A DNA stretch of 64,000 nucleotides from Candidatus Latescibacterota bacterium (GTDB taxonomy: Bacteria > Latescibacterota > UBA2968 > GCA-2709665): the NCBI GenBank assembly GCA_965237675.1, contig OZ250150.1, positions 4,320,001 to 4,384,000 of the forward strand, written 5' to 3'. Shown piece by piece: positions 59,053-64,000 of this stretch. Each line of letters starts with the position of its first letter. Position 1 is the stretch's first letter. Both the position numbers and the translations under genes were made by a program. The notes beneath the pieces were generated by a model. It ran no database searches. It worked only from the letters and a program-made list of their open reading frames with translations, and was not told the origin of the DNA.

Positions 59053-60752
59053 ACTGCGGCGGACCTGCGCTTCACGAGTGTGTAATTGAAGAACACGCCC
59101 ACCCAGATGGTATTGCAGCATACGACGAGGAAGCGGAACCACTTGTTGTTCCGGGAATTCTAATTGTCGCTAATTAGCAACGCGCCACCCGGGTCATCAC
59201 GGCCGAAGCCACGACCAGTGACGTGGTCGTCAACACCTGCCTCGCGGAACTGGGATCGGGAAAGACGTAGGCGTAGGCAGGGTAACGACGGAAAACGGCC
59301 AATGATGATCGGTTGTGCTCCGGGCCTGTGAGGTCACTTCCCTCTGCCTTATTATCTCATTTTTCTTTTTTCTTCGTCCTTTTTCTTGTACGCCAAGAAA
59401 AAGGGCGAAAAAGAAGGGCGCCGTTCGGCACGGGGCCGTTCTTTCCGCGAAGCGCCTAACGACCTGGCACAGGCTTCTTTGCCCTTCGTTCCCGTACGAA
59501 CCCACAGGGCTTCGGTGCTGGACGGATTAACGCGGAAAAACCCCCAACCCCCAGACCGGACGCGCCGTCGTTGTATTTGTAGGGGCAACCCTTGTGGTTG
59601 CCCTCGTCGTGGCGCGCGCATCTCCGATTGGCTTCGCCGGGCCATATCGATGTCCGGTGGACGCCGGGTGGCCTTCTTACGTTTCCCGTTTCCCGTCTCA
59701 CTGCCTCATGCGGTGTGGTCCTCTCACTTCTACCGGCTTACGGCTTACGGCTCTTTGGAACTGCGTTTCGGTCGGACACAGGCTTTTCCTCCATCCCTTC
59801 AACTCTCATTTTTCTTTTTTCTTCGTCCTTTTTCTTGTACGCCAAGAAAAAGGGCGAAAAAGAAGGGCGCCGTTCGGCACGGGGCCGTTCTTTCCGCGAA
59901 TTGCCGAAATGGAGAAGACGTACGATGTTGCCCTGCCGGCGCCGCAGGCTATCCAAAACGACATTGCTGAACGGAATAACGCGGAAAAACTCTCCCGCCA
60001 CCGATGTTGCATTTTGCGACACGTTAAGGTGCGTGCGTCCCGCCCGCACAATCGTTTGGCCATATCGCAGAGGACTCCCGCAGGTTCTCTGCTGTAGGTT
60101 TCTCGCTGAATGCTGATGGCTGATCGCTGCGTTTCCTATATGTCTTCGTGCCTTTGTGTGAGCCCATTGTCGGCGCGGAAAGACGGGCGGTTCGCGAACC
60201 GCCCCTACAAAATCTGACATCCTTGATATTGATATCGCCGTGTTACGCGCCGCCTTGGCATTTGTAGGGGCAACCCTTGTGGTTGCCCTTGTCGTGGCGC
60301 GCGAATCTCCCGTTGGATTCGCCGGGCCATATCGATGTCCGGTTTTGGCTGAGTGCTGACAGCTGTTAGCTAATAGCTGTTTTCTGATTGCTTTCCTTAG
60401 CCATTGATAAACATAGTGTTATTCTCTCACACCAGGCGACGAGTGTCCATAGGCTGGGTTTCACATAGAGCTTTCTCGTCCTGCGATTTCCACCGGGCTG
60501 CCGCTAGTAACGAGATCACAATGTAGAATTCCATCGGGTTCTTTTTCTGTACTGAACAATGCATCGGAACTGTCGCAAAATGCAACACATCCGGATCAGG
60601 GTTGAATTGCCCACCAATGCCGATTTTCATATATTCCCCAGGCATCCAATTGACTCCATCCAGGCGGGTTCGGTCGAAGATAGCCACCCATGTAGACTTA
60701 AGGCTTCCAAAGTGGTGACTGTCAATCGTGGAAATGCGAAACGGAATTGCCA

Positions 60753-61571
60753 ATGAACGATCCCCACGTGGTCGCGTTATTTTACAGTATTGATCACGGA
60801 AATGCGGTGAACTACGACGAAGCGGAACCGCTTGTTGTGGAAGAAAAAGCATTTCGTCTTGAAGTAAAGGACAAGAAAGCGTCGGTCTTCCTGAAGGATC
60901 ATTACGGGACGGAAGCAGAAGCCCGTAAAGCCATCGAGGAATACATCCGCACGTGGGAGTTCGATGCGTGTCTGCAGGGCGGGCCGGACTACTTTAAGTT
61001 GAATTATGAACGCCCTGAGATTGTGGACCGCAATCCTCAGACACCACCCCCGGGAGCTGTAGAATTATACCTAACACCAGTGATATTCCCACCGGCATCC
61101 ATTGCAGTTTCTGTTTCCAGAGTTGCCACGAGTTACCCGTCACCGCCGGCCGATGTCAGCGTCACGCCGGACGTCAAGACAATGTATGATCGGTATTTGG
61201 GGTATCGCCGAGGCCGCGAGCCGTTAACCGGGATGGCGTATTTCTGTGTGACTATCTTGGAATGGATGGCCAAAGAAGAGATTGGACGCCATAACAACCG
61301 AAAAATAAAGAAAAAAGGACGCGATGCTGCCGCCGAATATTTCCAGATTTCCAGTAGCGTCCTTAATAGAATTGGGAAGTTATCTACAGAAAGAGGTGGC
61401 CCATCGGAGGCAAGAAAGCGTGAGGGCGTCAAGCAGGATCTGACAGGAAACGAACGTCGCTTTCTGGACGAAGCGATCAAAAAGATTGTTCGCCGAGTGG
61501 CTGAGAAGGCGAAGGCAGGAAAAAGGGAATTAACGAAAATGACAATGTGTGACCTGCCGCCCTGCAAGTAG
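60753..61571 (+). CDS. hypothetical protein
   Basis: 272-aa ORF with protein-like composition and lower GC; no assignable motif. Confidence 0.65.
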   Translation: MNDPHVVALFYSIDHGNAVNYDEAEPLVVEEKAFRLEVKDKKASVFLKDHYGTEAEARKAIEEYIRTWEFDACLQGGPDYFKLNYERPEIVDRNPQTPPPGAVELYLTPVIFPPASIAVSVSRVATSYPSPPADVSVTPDVKTMYDRYLGYRRGREPLTGMAYFCVTILEWMAKEEIGRHNNRKIKKKGRDAAAEYFQISSSVLNRIGKLSTERGGPSEARKREGVKQDLTGNERRFLDEAIKKIVRRVAEKAKAGKRELTKMTMCDLPPCK

Positions 61572-61925
61572 TCGGTTTTATTCCGACGCCCGTGCGCGTA
61601 CGTATCGTCGTCGGTGCGGGACGGAGCAAAAGCTAAGCAAATTGGAAAAGGCAAAGACGAACCGAGAACTGGCGGACGTAAGTACGTGGTTGTATAGCAA
61701 GGTGTTATTTTACTCGCACGCCTATCGAATGCGGATGACATCAACCGTCATGCTTTGAGTTGCCGGGACTGCAACGCGCATCTGCCGAGCTGGTCGGTGG
61801 TCGTCCTATTGGTGTCCGGAACCGATCCCATTTGCATGGCTAACTAAGACGAGAAACTCACACCGTTCCTTCCGACGAGCCGTCATGTCTGGCGGATCTC
61901 GGAGAACGAAAAGGAAGACTAAAGC

Positions 61926-62623
61926 ATGAGTGTCGAACCGAGCAAAATCGTGACCATGGAGCACCGCGCGGTGTTTGCCTTAGTCGGGATGATCCGTACC
62001 GCAACACGTAGGCTGCGACACGGGATCGCACAGGGCGAATGGAATAATCTTCGCAATAACGTGGACCGAATCATTGCAGAGATGGATTCCTCTAACTCTA
62101 GCAAGCCAACACATCGGATGTGTCAGCTTCTAGTCGCTGGTGAGGATCGCCGGTTTTACCATCATCCTGGCGTCGATCCCATTGCTCTGTGTCGAGCCCT
62201 GTGGAAGACGGTCTTCTGTGACAGCCGACAGGAGGATCAACAATTGCGATGCAATTCGTGCGCACCGTAAAAGGGCGCTTCGAATGGACGTGGAAGCGCA
62301 AGCTACTCGAAGTCATTCTCGCAGTTCGCTTGACGCGCCACATCGGACGTGACCGGCTGCCGGCTCTCTATCTCTGGGTCGGATACTACGGCTGGGGAAT
62401 GGACAATTTCAATCAGGCTTGTTCACGTGTTCGCATCGACCCACTTTCAGCAAGCGAACTCGAATCGGCGATGCTTGTCGCGCGTTTAAAGTACCCGGAG
62501 CCACGAAACTTGCACCGCGAACAGATGCGAAGAATTCAATGTCGGGCAGCCCACCTGATCTCGTTGAGAACTTCCAGGGAGGAAAACCTGTTTTGGAACA
62601 ATTCAGCATCCCGGATCCATTGA
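61926..62623 (+). pseudogene. GT51 transglycosylase-like protein with a -1 frameshift near 62230
   Basis: Frame 1 gives EDRRFYHHPGVD; the shifted frame gives GGSTIAMQFVR, RKLLE and ESAMLVARLKYP (GT51 motifs). Confidence 0.75.
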
Positions 62624-63282
62624 GAAAGCTCACTGATCCTTATCCCTCATGGGAAGTTATGCTAAATGCAGCAGGAGGTGGGCGTGAGGCACGGATAGCT
62701 CTGGCTCGTCTCTGGATGTCGGAGGGCATTCCTTATGCATTTCGAAAGTGTCCGGCGGTTTATGAGTCCGTGCGCTCTTGGTTGAGCTTCTCTCTGGGGG
62801 TACATGCAAAGGAAATCGGGCTGGTTGGCAGCGCTCGCATTGGAGAGTCGCTAAATCCTAGGAAATTCGGGAAGCGATTTTCGTGCAATTCTGATTTGGA
62901 TTTGGTTATCGTATCGGAAGTCCTGTTTGGGAAGTTGACGGAGGAATTCCGTCAGTGGTCTCTATCGTTCGAAAGCGACAAGATAACACCGGGAAATTCC
63001 ACAGAGGAAAGGTATTGGCCAGATAATAACAAAAGGGTACCAAGAAATATTGCGGCCGGGTTTCTTGATTCGAAGTTTATCCCTAACCACGAATCCTACC
63101 CGATTACGAGGCGAATCGAAGAAAGCATGTTCCTCTTGACTCGAAAGCTCGAATGTACTCCTAATGCACCCAAAGTCAGGAAAGCATCTGTTCGATGCTA
63201 CGAGTCTTGGGACCGCTTCGTGAGACAGGTTTCCCTAAGTCTCTGGGATGGTTGGGAAAAATGGAAAAGAGATGAATCATGA
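62593..63282 (+). CDS. Pol-beta superfamily nucleotidyltransferase-like protein
   Basis: GLVGSARIG...SDLDLVIVS (GS...DxD); TTG 62593 preceded by GGAGG; overlaps the upstream gene. Confidence 0.7.
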   Translation: MEQFSIPDPLRKLTDPYPSWEVMLNAAGGGREARIALARLWMSEGIPYAFRKCPAVYESVRSWLSFSLGVHAKEIGLVGSARIGESLNPRKFGKRFSCNSDLDLVIVSEVLFGKLTEEFRQWSLSFESDKITPGNSTEERYWPDNNKRVPRNIAAGFLDSKFIPNHESYPITRRIEESMFLLTRKLECTPNAPKVRKASVRCYESWDRFVRQVSLSLWDGWEKWKRDES

Positions 63283-63651
63283 ACCCTTGAAAGCGAATCC
63301 CTGCTTTATCAAAGGGCTAAGTCCTCTGCAGTCAAAAGCGAGATGGACAGAGCATCCGCCTTGACTCTCGCTACTTTCCTCGAGTTTTTTCAAGACGTCG
63401 CTACGGATCCATGCCACATCTTACCGCACCAAGTTCATAACAGGGCGAAATCCTGCGGAACTGACTGACAGAAAGGGCGATAGGGACGTTAATGGCATCG
63501 ACAACAAGACCGAATGGTCAAACCGGATCGGTCAGGGCCGAGAATTCAGCCGGCGTGAGGACGTCGGATCTGCGCACATGATACGCGGTGTCAGTCCTTC
63601 AGTGCGGCAAGGAGTAGAGCGCGAAAACGCAAATAGAAGAAGGAGCGAGGA

Positions 63652-64000
63652 ATGACTTTTGATTTCAGACACGACATGTCAGCGCGCGACGCACGGAAAC
63701 TGGAAAGTTCACGACCGATGCGCCGAACACGGCTTTTTCATTGGATCCGGTGGACGGCTGGAGTGCTGCTGCTCCTGATCATCGCCATACCGATCATGGC
63801 GGCAGCGCAGGACCGGCAGTTGAAGCTCGTGTCGACGGCGTGGCCGCCGTTCACCAACGCGCCAGGCCAGCCGCGGTTCGCCCTCGATCTGGTCGAGGCG
63901 GCTCTCGAACGCATGGGGATCACCGCCGAAACGGTCATCGTGGACGAGGCCAGGCTGACGCCCTCACTACTGAGCGGCGATTTCGACGGAAGCGCGGCCC
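63652..64000 (+). CDS. periplasmic substrate-binding protein (family 3-like), N-terminal part
   Basis: RBS AGGAG; signal segment; LVSTAWPPFT..FALDLVEAALERMG; runs off the window edge. Confidence 0.7.
   Translation, partial: MTFDFRHDMSARDARKLESSRPMRRTRLFHWIRWTAGVLLLLIIAIPIMAAAQDRQLKLVSTAWPPFTNAPGQPRFALDLVEAALERMGITAETVIVDEARLTPSLLSGDFDGSAA

Larger units (their letters stand above)
58367..59267 (+). repeat. 86-bp direct repeat of the antiporter 3' end (58367-58452 and 59182-59267)
   Basis: GCGCCACCCGGGTCATCACGGCCGAAGCCACGACCAGTGACGTGGTCGTCAA...TCGGGAAAGACG with four substitutions. Confidence 0.85.
58511..60342. repeat. mosaic of hairpin repeats and REP-like palindromes
   Basis: 97-bp identical unit at 59355 and 59804, diverged copy near 58511; GGCGGTTCGCGAACCGCCCCTAC at 58710 and 60186; GTAGGGGCAACCCTTGTGGTTGCCCT units at 59579 and 60264. 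Confidence 0.8.

Noticed and set aside
58500-60400. Possible CRISPR array
   Set aside because: Repeats are 80-100 bp, few, irregularly spaced and of several families; no cas genes.
55235-64000. Prophage or integrative element at tRNA-Asn
   Set aside because: No integrase, phage genes or duplicated tRNA 3' end within the window.

Overview
GC-rich bacterial chromosomal window. The gene order (metK-ahcY next to ptsI-ptsH, a group II GGGP synthase, pgsA-pgpA-thpR-recA-recX-alaS, a large Alu-domain SRP RNA, Omp85 proteins) suggests a diderm of the FCB/Latescibacterota-like grade; this is inference only. Layout: (i) 1-3.7 kb, metabolic genes. (ii) 3.7-14.7 kb, a lower-GC accessory islet of exported proteins. 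Two of them are split by diverged IS1380 elements and can be rebuilt in frame. It also holds an IS256 without target duplication, two related secreted HEAT-repeat proteins, a truncated M15 peptidase and a RadC fragment. (iii) 14.8-27 kb, an Ldh_2 dehydrogenase, a REP cluster, a Ser/Thr kinase-STAND-TPR-GAF-sigma54 activator upstream of a sensor-less sigma54 activator that has its own -24/-12 promoter, LutBC and an Ord/DapB-like reductase. (iv) 27-55 kb, housekeeping core with an NtrYX-like pair between two Omp85 genes, SRP RNA, four tRNAs and a small ankyrin/NYN islet. (v) 55-64 kb, a variable region after tRNA-Asn with intact and decayed toxin-antitoxin modules, a repeat mosaic, and an overlapping pair of an anchor-less GT51 transglycosylase-like gene (frameshifted) and a Pol-beta-type nucleotidyltransferase. 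The best candidates for an undescribed system are the GT51-like/NTase pair and the kinase-STAND sigma54 relay. No CRISPR array or rRNA was seen. All calls come from motif recognition by eye; no database searches were run.
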